Source: Clostridia bacterium (lineage in GTDB: Bacteria > Bacillota > Clostridia > Christensenellales > Aristaeellaceae). From it: a stretch of 64,000 nt of DNA. Numbering within the stretch: position 1 is the first letter of the stretch; each line of letters begins with the position of its first letter. Below, one piece after another: positions 44,657 to 55,800 of this stretch. A program made the position numbers and the translations under genes. A model generated the notes under the pieces. That model made no database searches and was not told the DNA's origin. It worked only from the letters and a program-made list of their open reading frames with translations. The stretch spans positions 55,597 to 119,596 of the forward strand of contig JAGBFR010000050.1 in NCBI GenBank assembly GCA_017936375.1, in the 5' to 3' direction.

Positions 44657-45697
44657 TCACACGCGGTCAAACACATAGGTAAAGAGCAGGCACATGATAA
44701 GCGCCATGCGGTGCTTCATCAAAAACAGGCGGACCGCCAGCTTCGGCGGGAAATCAAACGGACGCACCGGCGCAAACCATGCGCGCACATCCTCCCGGCG
44801 CATGTAGGCGCGCACCTGCCGCACGCGCTCCATAAAGCCATACGGCGAGCCGGGGAAGCAGTAATTGCGCACAGCCGTCACCGCCATCTTGCGCCGGCGG
44901 ACGGTCATGCGCGCGCGGCACGAGGGCAGATCGCCAAAGAGCGCGTCGAGCGCATCGTTGGACTTATCGTGAGAATCCGGCACGTGCGGGCTGTAGCGCT
45001 TGGTGACGCTGCCGCCGTGGAATCGGTAGTGGTAATACGCCACGTCCAGCGCCGCCGCCGCGTCGGCGTCCAGCATGCACTCGACGATGTAGAGCAGATC
45101 CTCCGCATAGCGGATATCCGGGCGGAAGGCGTGCGCCTTCGCCAGCGGCGCGGCAAAGAGATTGCGCGGGGTATAACCAGAGAGCGGCAGCTCGTCCGAG
45201 TCTTTTTCCTTTGAGAGCATCGCCGGGACGAGCGTATCGCGGATGGCCGCGTGGTCAAACCGCATGCCCGTCTCAAAGCCCAGCGGCACGTCGTCGCGCC
45301 TCACGCTGCCGTCCGCGCGCTCATAGTCCTTATACACACGGCAGAAGGTGATCTGCGCGTCCTTTTCCTTCGCCAGATCGTAGAGCGCGCCGTACATCTG
45401 CGGCTCCACCCAGTCGTCGCTGTCGCAGAAGCCGATATACTCGCCCTGCGCGGCCTCGACGCCCGCGTTGCGCGCGGCGGAGACGCCCCGGTTCTCCGGG
45501 AAGGCGATCACTCGGATGCGCGCGTCGCGCCGCTCATTCTCCCGCAGGATGGCGAGCGAATTGTCCGGACTCGCGTCGCAGACGAAGAGGAACTCCATGT
45601 CATGGAGCGTCTGCCCCAGCAGCGAATCGATGCAGGCCTGCAGGTACTTTTCGCAGTTGTACACCGGGATGACGACGGATACCTTCGGCGCGCTCAT
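44657..45697 (-). CDS. glycosyltransferase family 2
   Basis: VSVVIPVYNCEKYL, DASPD and DSDD motifs. Confidence 0.85.
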   Translation of the reverse strand: MSAPKVSVVIPVYNCEKYLQACIDSLLGQTLHDMEFLFVCDASPDNSLAILRENERRDARIRVIAFPENRGVSAARNAGVEAAQGEYIGFCDSDDWVEPQMYGALYDLAKEKDAQITFCRVYKDYERADGSVRRDDVPLGFETGMRFDHAAIRDTLVPAMLSKEKDSDELPLSGYTPRNLFAAPLAKAHAFRPDIRYAEDLLYIVECMLDADAAAALDVAYYHYRFHGGSVTKRYSPHVPDSHDKSNDALDALFGDLPSCRARMTVRRRKMAVTAVRNYCFPGSPYGFMERVRQVRAYMRREDVRAWFAPVRPFDFPPKLAVRLFLMKHRMALIMCLLFTYVFDRV

Positions 45698-47037
45698 CCT
45701 TCAATCGCCTCCGCGCTGCTGCGGGAGAGATCCGCGCGCCAGAGCGGCGCCTGCACGAGCAGATACGCGCAGCCGATCACGGAGAACGGCGCATACACCG
45801 ACTCAAACATGCCCACGAGGATGAACACCGCGCAGAAGGCCAGCGGCGTCGCCGCATAGGGGCTCGTATGCCTGTGGATGCGGTAATACTGCACCGCACG
45901 CCAGAGCGCCAGCAGCGTATAGGCGGCCAGCAGCAGGCCGGCGATAAAGCCATTGTTATACGTCACGCCGAAAAAGGCGTTGTGCGCGTTGAAGCGGCGC
46001 TCGCCCGCGCCGTCCATGGCGACCCACTCCTCCACGACGCTGGTCTCATGGCCATTCCACGTGAGGTTATTGAGGATCGCCATCCAGATGCCCCAGCGGT
46101 CGCTGGTCAGATCGTCCATGGTGAGCTTGCGATCCTCCGGCTTGGGAACGGTGATGGGATTGCCGTAGGTCTCATGGTTATAGACCGCCAGCTCATAGTC
46201 CTCCACGGCGGCCTCGTAGACCTTGTCCGCCGTGATCTTCACGCCAGCGGCGCCCACGAGCACCAGCACGACGGCGAGGATCGCCAGCAGCCTGCCCGGG
46301 CGCTTCGCCGTGCCCGCGATGATCGCAATGGCGAGAATCGCCATCACGCCCGCAAACGCCAGCAGGCCGGAGCGCGAGAGCGTCAAAAGCAGCGTCACCG
46401 CGCCGACGACAGCGCAGAGCGCATACGCGATCATGGACTTCATGTGCCGCTGCGTAAAGCTCGCATACGCCAGCAGCGCAGCCGCCGTGGTCATCACAAT
46501 GCAGCACATGGACAGGCAGTTCGCGTCGTAGAAGACGCCCATATAGCCCGGATAGCCGATCGTGACCGGCACGGTCAGATACGACCAGATCAAAAACGGC
46601 ATCACCGCAAAGACCGCGCCGCGCAGGATCGAGCGGAAGGTCTTTTCATCATCGCGCGAGGCGAAGACGGAGTAGATCACAGGATAGCACAAAAGCAGCG
46701 GCACGCTCTCGGGCAGCCAGTCCACATGGAATACGCCCGAGACGACCATCATCCCGTGCAGCGCGAACCACAGCCCCGCCATGCCCTTGTGAAAGCGCAC
46801 GCGCGCCTTGCCCGGCTCGCGCGCCGTCAGCGTCACAAAGCCCAGCAGGATCATGCCAAAGAGCACGAAGACCATCCAGCGCATCGGGAACTTGCGCTGG
46901 GTGAAGAGCGTGCAGTACCCCAGCAGCGCGAAGAGCGACACCGTCAGCAGCCTCGCGTCGAAGATCTCATTGAACACGCCGGTTACGCGGTCATACAGGT
47001 TGAGCATGCCCGTTCCGTCGATGCCTTTTTTACGCAT
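45694..47037 (-). CDS. O-antigen ligase/polymerase-like (Wzy_C) membrane protein
   Basis: About 11 TM helices. LSRSGLLA and AHNAFFGVTYNNGFIAG motifs. Start at MRKKGID. Confidence 0.7.
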   Translation of the reverse strand: MRKKGIDGTGMLNLYDRVTGVFNEIFDARLLTVSLFALLGYCTLFTQRKFPMRWMVFVLFGMILLGFVTLTAREPGKARVRFHKGMAGLWFALHGMMVVSGVFHVDWLPESVPLLLCYPVIYSVFASRDDEKTFRSILRGAVFAVMPFLIWSYLTVPVTIGYPGYMGVFYDANCLSMCCIVMTTAAALLAYASFTQRHMKSMIAYALCAVVGAVTLLLTLSRSGLLAFAGVMAILAIAIIAGTAKRPGRLLAILAVVLVLVGAAGVKITADKVYEAAVEDYELAVYNHETYGNPITVPKPEDRKLTMDDLTSDRWGIWMAILNNLTWNGHETSVVEEWVAMDGAGERRFNAHNAFFGVTYNNGFIAGLLLAAYTLLALWRAVQYYRIHRHTSPYAATPLAFCAVFILVGMFESVYAPFSVIGCAYLLVQAPLWRADLSRSSAEAIEG

Positions 47038-47110
47038 GTTGCGCCTCCATCCGCCCGCCGCCCCGAAGGGTGCAGGCTCTTTATCGCATCCCGCCACCGT
47101 CGCGGCAGGG

Positions 47111-48298
47111 TCATTTCTTTTTGAGAATCTGGCGGTAGACGCCCTCGACCGTCTGGGCGTTGCGCACCCATGTGAGGGCCATCGCGTCCCGCCTGCCGCG
47201 CTCGCGCAGCGCCGCATAGCGCTCCGGCTCGGCAAAGACCGCGCGCATCACGCGCTCCGTCTCGTCGATGTCGCCCGCGGGGACGAGGAATCCATTCTCC
47301 CCGTCGGTGATCGTGTCGCCGATGCCCTCGTCCTTCGCGCCTACGGCGATGCAGCCCGCCGCCATCGCCTCGATGTAGACGATGCCGTAGCCCTCGCCCC
47401 AGCTGGGCAAAACGAACAGATCCGACTGCGCCATCCGCTCCATCACCTGCGCGTGCGAGAGCCAGCCGGTGAGCGTCACGCGGCCGCCGAGCCCCAGCTC
47501 GGCGATGCGCTCGCGCAGCTGCTGCTCCATCTCGCCCATGCCCACGATGGTGAGCGTCGCGTCGGGGTACTCATCCGCCAGCCGCGCAAAGGCCTCCAGC
47601 GTTCTGTCCATGCACTTCCTCGCCTTGAGCGTGCCGACGGAGATGACCGCGCGCGGGGTATTGGCCGTCTTCTGCGGGACGAGCGAGAGATCCACGCCGT
47701 TGGGCACGACGAGAGAAAGCTTTTTCTTTCCCCTGTATGGGGCGACGCGGGACAGGAGCAGGCTTGACACCGCCATCAGCGCGTCGACCTTCCTTGCCAC
47801 GCGGATATTCCTGCGCCACGGCTTCTCGCCGGGCTTAAAGTAACCGAAGACGTCCGTGCCATGCACCGTCAGCGCCACGGGGACGCCCAGCGCGCGGGCG
47901 ATGAGCAGGCCCGCATGGCCGTCGCGCGGCAGCATATGCGCATGCACGAGGTCAAAGGGCTTTTCCGCGTGCAGCTTCTTCGCCAGCCCGACGGCCGCCA
48001 TGTAGATCAGCCGCCCGCCGAAGAGGCGCTCGCCCGCATTGCCCAGCGTGAGCGCGCGGGGATAATACACCTCGATGCCGTCCACCACCGCCGCGCCGGG
48101 CGTGGCCTCCGCGACGGCAGCCTGCTCCGGGCGCAGGCGCTTCATCATCGGCGTCACGCCCACACAGGCGATGACCACCACGTCATGCCCTCTGTCGCGC
48201 AGCGCCTTCGCCTGCTCATGGACATACTGGCAGTAGGCAGACTTATCCGCCTGACGATGGATCATCATCAGAATCCGAAGCAGTCTGTTATCCTGCAT
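47111..48298 (-). CDS. glycosyltransferase family 4 (GT-B)
   Basis: C-terminal EGYGIVYIEAMAAG motif. Confidence 0.85.
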   Translation of the reverse strand: MQDNRLLRILMMIHRQADKSAYCQYVHEQAKALRDRGHDVVVIACVGVTPMMKRLRPEQAAVAEATPGAAVVDGIEVYYPRALTLGNAGERLFGGRLIYMAAVGLAKKLHAEKPFDLVHAHMLPRDGHAGLLIARALGVPVALTVHGTDVFGYFKPGEKPWRRNIRVARKVDALMAVSSLLLSRVAPYRGKKKLSLVVPNGVDLSLVPQKTANTPRAVISVGTLKARKCMDRTLEAFARLADEYPDATLTIVGMGEMEQQLRERIAELGLGGRVTLTGWLSHAQVMERMAQSDLFVLPSWGEGYGIVYIEAMAAGCIAVGAKDEGIGDTITDGENGFLVPAGDIDETERVMRAVFAEPERYAALRERGRRDAMALTWVRNAQTVEGVYRQILKKK

Positions 48299-48374
48299 GC
48301 GGACAGCCCTCCCTCTCACACATTCATATACTCATTGTGCACAGGGTCAATTCTCACAAGGAATAACTACTCCT

Positions 48375-48539
48375 GCGCCCGCTTTCTCCCTCAGTCTGCC
48401 TCCGGCAGACAGCTCCCTCCCGGAGGGAGCCTGTTCCTCTAAGCCGCTCTGCATATCAGGCGCGCTGATCCGCAAGCCATCGCCGCCTCAAGCCTCCCTC
48501 CGGGAGGGAGGTGGCACGGCATAGCCGTGACGGAGGGAG
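48375..48539. repeat. 165-bp palindrome-rich direct repeat, copy 1
   Basis: 163/165 identical to 48990-49154. Contains five hairpins (for example CCTCCCTC-CGG-GAGGGAGG and CACGGC-ATA-GCCGTG). Confidence 0.85.
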
Positions 48540-48563
48540 AATACATCACTACGGGCTCTGCTC

Positions 48564-48965
48564 TTATTCTCTCCTCCATTGAATCCTCGGCAGCGTTTCA
48601 GCGGCAGCATCTGCACGTTTCTTCACTTGCGCTTCAATCATTGAGCAAACGCCCTCAAAATCATATCGAATACTTGCATTGGGAATCCGAATGACCTGTA
48701 TCCCGGCAGATTCGAGAAACTCCGTCCGAACCCTGTCATATCCAATGCCATGCTGATCATAATGCTGTGATCCATCCAATTCGACAACAAGCAGAGCCTG
48801 ATGGCAAAAGAAATCAACAATATAGCTTCCAACGGTTTTTTGTCGTTGAAAGTGAACCGGATATTCTCGCAGAAAATCATACCAGAGCTTGCGCTCCTCC
48901 CGGGTCATCTCCTTGCGCAAGTTCTGCGCCCGGGGAATCATCTTCCGATTATACTCAAGGGACAT
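48564..48965 (-). CDS. DUF559 (Vsr-like endonuclease fold) protein
   Basis: RAQNLRKEMTREERKLWYDFLR...FQRQKTVGSYIVDFFC...LVVELDG is the typical DUF559 signature. Low GC. Confidence 0.85.
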   Translation of the reverse strand: MSLEYNRKMIPRAQNLRKEMTREERKLWYDFLREYPVHFQRQKTVGSYIVDFFCHQALLVVELDGSQHYDQHGIGYDRVRTEFLESAGIQVIRIPNASIRYDFEGVCSMIEAQVKKRADAAAETLPRIQWRRE

Positions 48966-48989
48966 CGAATCCCTCCATCCCGCAATTGC

Positions 48990-49154
48990 GCGCCCGCTTT
49001 CTCCCTCAGTCTGCCTCCGGCAGACAGCTCCCTCCCGGAGGGAGCCTGTTCCTCTAAGCCGCTCTGCATATCAGGCGCGCTGATCTGCAAGCCATCGCCG
49101 CCTCAAGCCTCCCTCCGGGAGGGAGGTGGCACGGCGTAGCCGTGACGGAGGGAG
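48990..49154. repeat. 165-bp palindrome-rich direct repeat, copy 2
   Basis: Abuts the stop codon of the GT4 gene at 49155. Confidence 0.85.
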
Positions 49155-50249
49155 TCACGCCTGATACAGCGCCATCCATTTTGCCGCCACCAGCGGCCAT
49201 GCGTAGCCCTTCGCCAGCTGCGCGCAGCGCGCGCTCCTGTCGGCGTAGCCCTCGCAGATATCGGCAATGCGCCTTGCCTGATCGGCGATATCCCCGCAGG
49301 TCACGGCGTAGCCCGCCTCCCCCTCGGGGAACTGCCCGTCAAAGCCCTGCCCCTTCGTATAGAGCACCGGCACGCCCTGGCTCATGGCCTCAAGATAGAC
49401 CATGCCGAACGTCTCCGCGCTCGAGGGCACGAGCAGCAGATCGCAGTCCTTGTAGAATGCCTTCATCGCGTCCATGCCGTCCACGCGCCCGACAAAGGTA
49501 TCCCCCTCGCCCAGCTGCGCGCGCAGCTGCTCCTCCAGCGGGCCTCTGCCGCAGGCATGGAGCACATACCGCCGCCCGCCGGCCTCGTTCGCCTTGTGGA
49601 TGGCGGCGATCACGTCGAGCGGACGCTTGCGGTTGCTCAGCACGCCGGCAAAGCCCACGCGCACGGGATCGCGCAGCGCCTGCCTCGGCGCGCAGTCCAG
49701 CCACTCAGGCCTGATGCCGTTGGGAATGACGACCGCCTTCCTTGCGATCTCATCGCGCAGCGCGCCGGAAAGCAGGCTGAGCATCTGATCCCGCGCCGCC
49801 GTGCTCAGGAAGACCACATGCTTCGCGTCGCGCAGAATCTTCCTGCCCATCGGGCGAAGGTGCGGCTCATAGCGCCAGATGACCTCGATGTCGCTGAAGC
49901 GCAGCGTCAGCATATACGGCACGCCCGTCTTTTTGGACAGCCTCCTTGCGATGGAGCCGTCGGTAAAGAGGGTATGCGCGTGGATGAGATCGACGCGCTT
50001 CATGTCGACCTTCTCCATCACCGCCGGGACGCTCCTTTGCGCCTTGCGGAAGAAGAAGAGCGCGTCGCTCTTTTTCACGGACAGCACCGTATGGGTGGTC
50101 ACGCCTTTCGGCTGATTTTTGCCGATATCGGCGCTGTTCTTCTCCGGGACGAAGACCTCCTGGTCAAGCCCCGCGGCTGCCAGCGCCTCAAAAAGCTGCG
50201 GAAAAACGGTCGAGCCCGCCAGATTGCAGCAGATATGCAGAAGCTTCAT
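49155..50249 (-). CDS. glycosyltransferase family 4 (GT-B)
   Basis: ETFGMVYLEAMSQG motif. Confidence 0.85.
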   Translation of the reverse strand: MKLLHICCNLAGSTVFPQLFEALAAAGLDQEVFVPEKNSADIGKNQPKGVTTHTVLSVKKSDALFFFRKAQRSVPAVMEKVDMKRVDLIHAHTLFTDGSIARRLSKKTGVPYMLTLRFSDIEVIWRYEPHLRPMGRKILRDAKHVVFLSTAARDQMLSLLSGALRDEIARKAVVIPNGIRPEWLDCAPRQALRDPVRVGFAGVLSNRKRPLDVIAAIHKANEAGGRRYVLHACGRGPLEEQLRAQLGEGDTFVGRVDGMDAMKAFYKDCDLLLVPSSAETFGMVYLEAMSQGVPVLYTKGQGFDGQFPEGEAGYAVTCGDIADQARRIADICEGYADRSARCAQLAKGYAWPLVAAKWMALYQA

Positions 50250-51301
50250 GCCTTATGCTCCTTTTCCCCGTCCTGCTGTGCGGCTTTCTCCGCCTTTGCC
50301 TTCTCTTCCTTGAGGAACTTGGGCAGCAGCGTGATGCCGCGCAGCGAGCCAAAGCCATAGGCAAAGTGGAAGAGCGGATAGAGGATGACCTCAATGGGGA
50401 AATACCGCCAGTCCTTTTCCTTGGCGATCGTATAGGCGTAGAAGACGTCCAGCAGCAGATACGCGCCCCACTCCAGCAGCAGAAGGCCGCCGAAGAGCCA
50501 GCTGCGGGTGATCAGCGTGAGCAGCGCGAGCAGGATGGTCGACAGCACAAACGCCAGCGGCACAAAGTGGCGAACGCCCATCGAGCCGGGCACGAGCGTC
50601 ATCGTGATGACGTTCCACGTGCCGTTCTGAAAGCCCATCTTCATGATTCCGGGGATCGTATCGCGGCAGTAGTAGATGACCTTGATATTGTGGTTCATGT
50701 AGATCTTGCCGCCGTTTTTGCGGATGCGGTGGTTGAGCTCATTGTCCTGATTGCGGGTCATGCGCTCGTCAAAGCCGCCGATGCGGTCAAAGAGCTCCTT
50801 CCTCCAGCAGCCAAAGGGCACGGTATCCACGTATTTATCCTCGTTGGCGATGCGGAAGGAGGAATTGCCCACGCCCAGCGGCGTCGCCAGCATCGCGGCG
50901 ATCGCGTCGCCCATAAAGCCCTTGCCCCGCGTCTCGCACACGCCGCCGGCATTGTCGCAGTCCACCGTGAGCAGCGTCTCCACCGACAGGCGGATATAGT
51001 CGCTGGGGTACTCCGCATGCGCATCGAGGCGGACGATGATATCCGCCGTGCTCGCGCGGATGCCGATGTTCATCGCGTAGGGCACGGTGCGCTTGGGGTT
51101 ATCGAGCACGACGATCTGCGGGTGCGCCTCGCGCATCTCGTGCAGCATCGCCACCGTGCGGTCCTCGGAGCAGCCATCCACAAAGATGACCTCCATCTTC
51201 TCCGCAGGATAATCCTGCGCAAAGATGGACTCCACGCATGCGGTGATGTACTTTTCCTCGTTGCGCACGGGCAGGATGACAGAGATATTCGGCAGCAGCA
51301 T
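50246..51301 (-). CDS. glycosyltransferase family 2 with C-terminal TM helices
   Basis: ISVILPVRNEEKYI, VDGCSED and RLDAH motifs. Three or four C-terminal TM helices. Confidence 0.85.
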   Translation of the reverse strand: MLLPNISVILPVRNEEKYITACVESIFAQDYPAEKMEVIFVDGCSEDRTVAMLHEMREAHPQIVVLDNPKRTVPYAMNIGIRASTADIIVRLDAHAEYPSDYIRLSVETLLTVDCDNAGGVCETRGKGFMGDAIAAMLATPLGVGNSSFRIANEDKYVDTVPFGCWRKELFDRIGGFDERMTRNQDNELNHRIRKNGGKIYMNHNIKVIYYCRDTIPGIMKMGFQNGTWNVITMTLVPGSMGVRHFVPLAFVLSTILLALLTLITRSWLFGGLLLLEWGAYLLLDVFYAYTIAKEKDWRYFPIEVILYPLFHFAYGFGSLRGITLLPKFLKEEKAKAEKAAQQDGEKEHKA

Positions 51302-51382
51302 GCTCTTTCTCCCAACTTCCTCTAACGAAATGCGGCCTCGCGCCCCAAAAGACGCAGCCTTTTATCGACAATGAATCAGTTT

Positions 51383-51410
51383 ATTATAGCACAAAGCAGG
51401 GGGCAATGAA
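51383..51410 (-). promoter_or_regulatory. possible extended -10 promoter for the downstream GT genes
   Basis: The minus strand reads TTCATT, a 16-nt spacer, then TGCTATAAT. Confidence 0.3.
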
Positions 51411-51422
51411 AGTAGATGAATA

Positions 51423-51460
51423 CAAAAAGGCTGCCCGGCCAGCTTTCCGGTCGGGCAGCC
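51423..51460 (-). terminator. intrinsic terminator after the dehydrogenase gene
   Basis: Minus strand GGGCTGCCCG...CGGGCAGCC followed by TTTTTGTATT. Confidence 0.7.
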
Positions 51461-51471
51461 CGATATTCTCT

Positions 51472-52791
<1,320 letters not shown>

Positions 52792-52836
52792 GGAGATTCC
52801 TCCCTTGTATGGCATGATGCGTCCTGTCCATTATAC

Positions 52837-55800
52837 TCAGTACCACATCCAGTTGTCAAACCAGCTGACCGCATCGCACCACGCTCGCGGCACCTCAAGG
52901 CCCGAGGCCAGCGGATAGAACGCGACGAACAGCGCGACGGCGGCAGCCCCGAGAACAATGCCGAGGATGTATGCCGTGCGCCTCTCCCTGCGCTCCATAT
53001 AGCGCAGCGCCTGCGCCGTGGCCAGGATGATAAAGGGCACGCTGGCAAAGTAGTGATAGATGAACGTCAGGCGCGAAACGAGCACCCACGGCAGATACGC
53101 CGAGAGGAAGCCCACGGCGATGACCGGCATCGCGCGGTCGTACTCGTCCTCCCTGCCCCGGAGCAGGCCCATCGCCGGCATCGCATTGCGGTAGAGGCTG
53201 TAGCCCAGCACGAAGAGAATGCCCGCAAGGCCCGTCCACCACACGGCAGGATTGCCGAAGGCGAGAATCGAGGAGGCCATGCCCGCGCCCTTGAAGTCCG
53301 CCGCGTAATACCACATGGGCTTGACGATCAGCGGCCACTCATACCACGGAGAGGCAAAGTAGTGCTCGGCGACCAGATCCCAGTGATAGTCAAACATCAG
53401 CACCTGCGCATCCCACACGCGCCTGAAGAGCGCCGCATTGAGCTTCACCTCGCCGTAGTAGCGCAGATACGGGATGTAACTGGCGATATAGATCGCCACG
53501 GGGATCAGCACGAAGAACACGCAGCAGGCCGCAATCGTCTTGACCGCATGGGGCATCATCAGATTCGCCGCGCGCTCAAAGGCCGGGTCCTCGTCCCTGT
53601 GCGCCCGTGCGTAGAGGCCCTGACGGCAGAGATTATAGAATCGGGCAAAGAACAGCGCCGCAAGGCCGACCGCGCCATAGCAGCCGATCCACTTGCTCGC
53701 AATCGCAAGGCCCATGCACGCGCCGGAGAGCGCGAGCGGCACAAACGTATCCCGCAGGCGGCAGTGATAATAATTCATCTTCATCCAGCGCGCCATGAAC
53801 ATGAACATCAGCATCATGAACAGCACTGGGAAGGAGTCGATCGTCGCGATGCGCGTCTGCGTGTAATGCATGCAGTCCGCCGCGAGCAGCAGGGTGGAAA
53901 GCGCCGCCCACTTTGTGCTCGAGAGCAGCGTCATCGCCAGCAGGTACATCGCCGGGATCATCAGCACGCCGCAGAGCGCGCCGGCAAAGCGCCAGGCGAA
54001 CGGGGTCATGCCCATCAGCCGGATGCACCAGCTCATGAAGACCTTGCCCAGCGGCGGGTGCGTCGTCTCATAGGTGGACAGCGCATTCGCGTGCTCATAG
54101 CCCGTTCGGCCGTGGTAGATCTCGTCAAAGTACATGCTGTTGTGCCAGGACGGGACGTCCGGCACGGTATTCTGCTCGTCGATGAGCAGCAGCGGGTCTG
54201 CGCCGCGGCCCTCGCGCGCGCCGGAGGCAGCCGCACCCACGACGGGCAGCACCTCGCCCTCCTTCGTCACGGCGGCGATCTCCCAGAGATTCGCGCCGGC
54301 GTTCTTGAAGGTCACGCGCAGGTAACGGCCCGAGAAAGAGAGCATGCCGCCGCTTGCGCCCTTGACCCGGCCGTCCTCGTCGTAGGAGGGGTTGCGCACC
54401 GCCATCCACTTGAAGCACTCGCCCCGGTCAAAGAAGGCGTCCGTCTCCTCGGAGAAGGTCACGCCGTCATCCGATGCGGCGAAGGAGAACTGCGTATCCG
54501 AAATGCCGCCGTAATAATAGATGCGGAAATCCTCGCGCAGCTCGCCCAGATCGAGGGTCACCGTCTCCCCCGGGGCGGAGGAGGCATAGCCCGTCTGCGG
54601 GGCGTCTGTCGCGCCGAGATTCCAAAAGCCCACCACGGCATAGACCGCCGTGATCGCCAGCATGATCGCATAATCCCTGCGGCGAAGATGCAGCCTGTGG
54701 TCCCGCGGGGCGAGCAGCTCCTCGCGCATGCGGCGCTCCGGCGCGGTGTACACGCCGTCGCTGGAGGGATCGTCCCCGCCCGGCTCATCGTCGTCCGTAT
54801 CGTCCTCACGGATGGGCAGGCGCATGGGCGCGCGCCCCAGCGCAAGGGAGGCCGCCGTCCAGAGCGTCAGCGCCGCGGCGATCAGCTGCACGGCAGAGAT
54901 GATGTATCCCAGCCACATATTCGGCGCGATCAGGTACTCAAAGGCGAGCACCGCGCCGATATTGACCGCCGAGGCCGCGGAGGCCAGCACGCAGGAGAGC
55001 AGGATGCGCACATCGCCCGTCTCCATATACGCAAAGACCAGCAGCGCCAGCGCCGGCAGAATATAGCGCTCGTGCATCTTCGTGCCCAGCGCAAAGACCA
55101 GCTGCATCGTCAGCGCGGCGCTCGTAAAGAGCCTGCCGCGTCCTCTGCTGCGCAGATAGACCCATACGCCCAGCGCAAAGGCCAGCGCCATCATCGCAAA
55201 GCCGAACTCGCCGTAGGTCAGGAAGCCAAAGAGCTTCTCGCTGTTGGCCACCCAGTTGCCGCCGAGCAGGAACATCAGATTGCCGGTGGACAGGGTCGCA
55301 TAGTCATAGCTGGAGAGCGTGTTGATATAGTCCTCCACCAGCCAGAAGGCGGGCTGATTCCCCCGGAAGAGCTGGCTGATAAGCACCGTCAGCAGCAGGC
55401 CGCCCGCGATGCCGATGAGCGTCTGCCTGCGGGCAAGGCGCTTATCCTGCGCATCGCGCGCGCGGCCAAAGAGATCCTTGCACAGCGCCGCAATGCCCAG
55501 CGGAACGAGCAGACCGGCCTGCGGCTTGGTCAGCACGGCAAGGGCAAAGGCCGGGATCGCCAGATGCCACCTGCCCCGGCGGGCCGGCAGCAGCATGAGC
55601 ACCAGCAGAATGGCCAGCACGGAATCCACCTGCCCCCAGCAGCTGCCGGTGACGATGAAGGCCGGGTTAAACGCCGTCAGCGCGGCGAGGCCGAGCGCGG
55701 CGCGCGCGGTCATGGACCTCCTGCCCACGCCGTAGACCGCCCCCGCCAGCGCCAGATCGCACAGGATCGGCGTAAGCTTGAGCAGGAACTGCCCGTCCAT

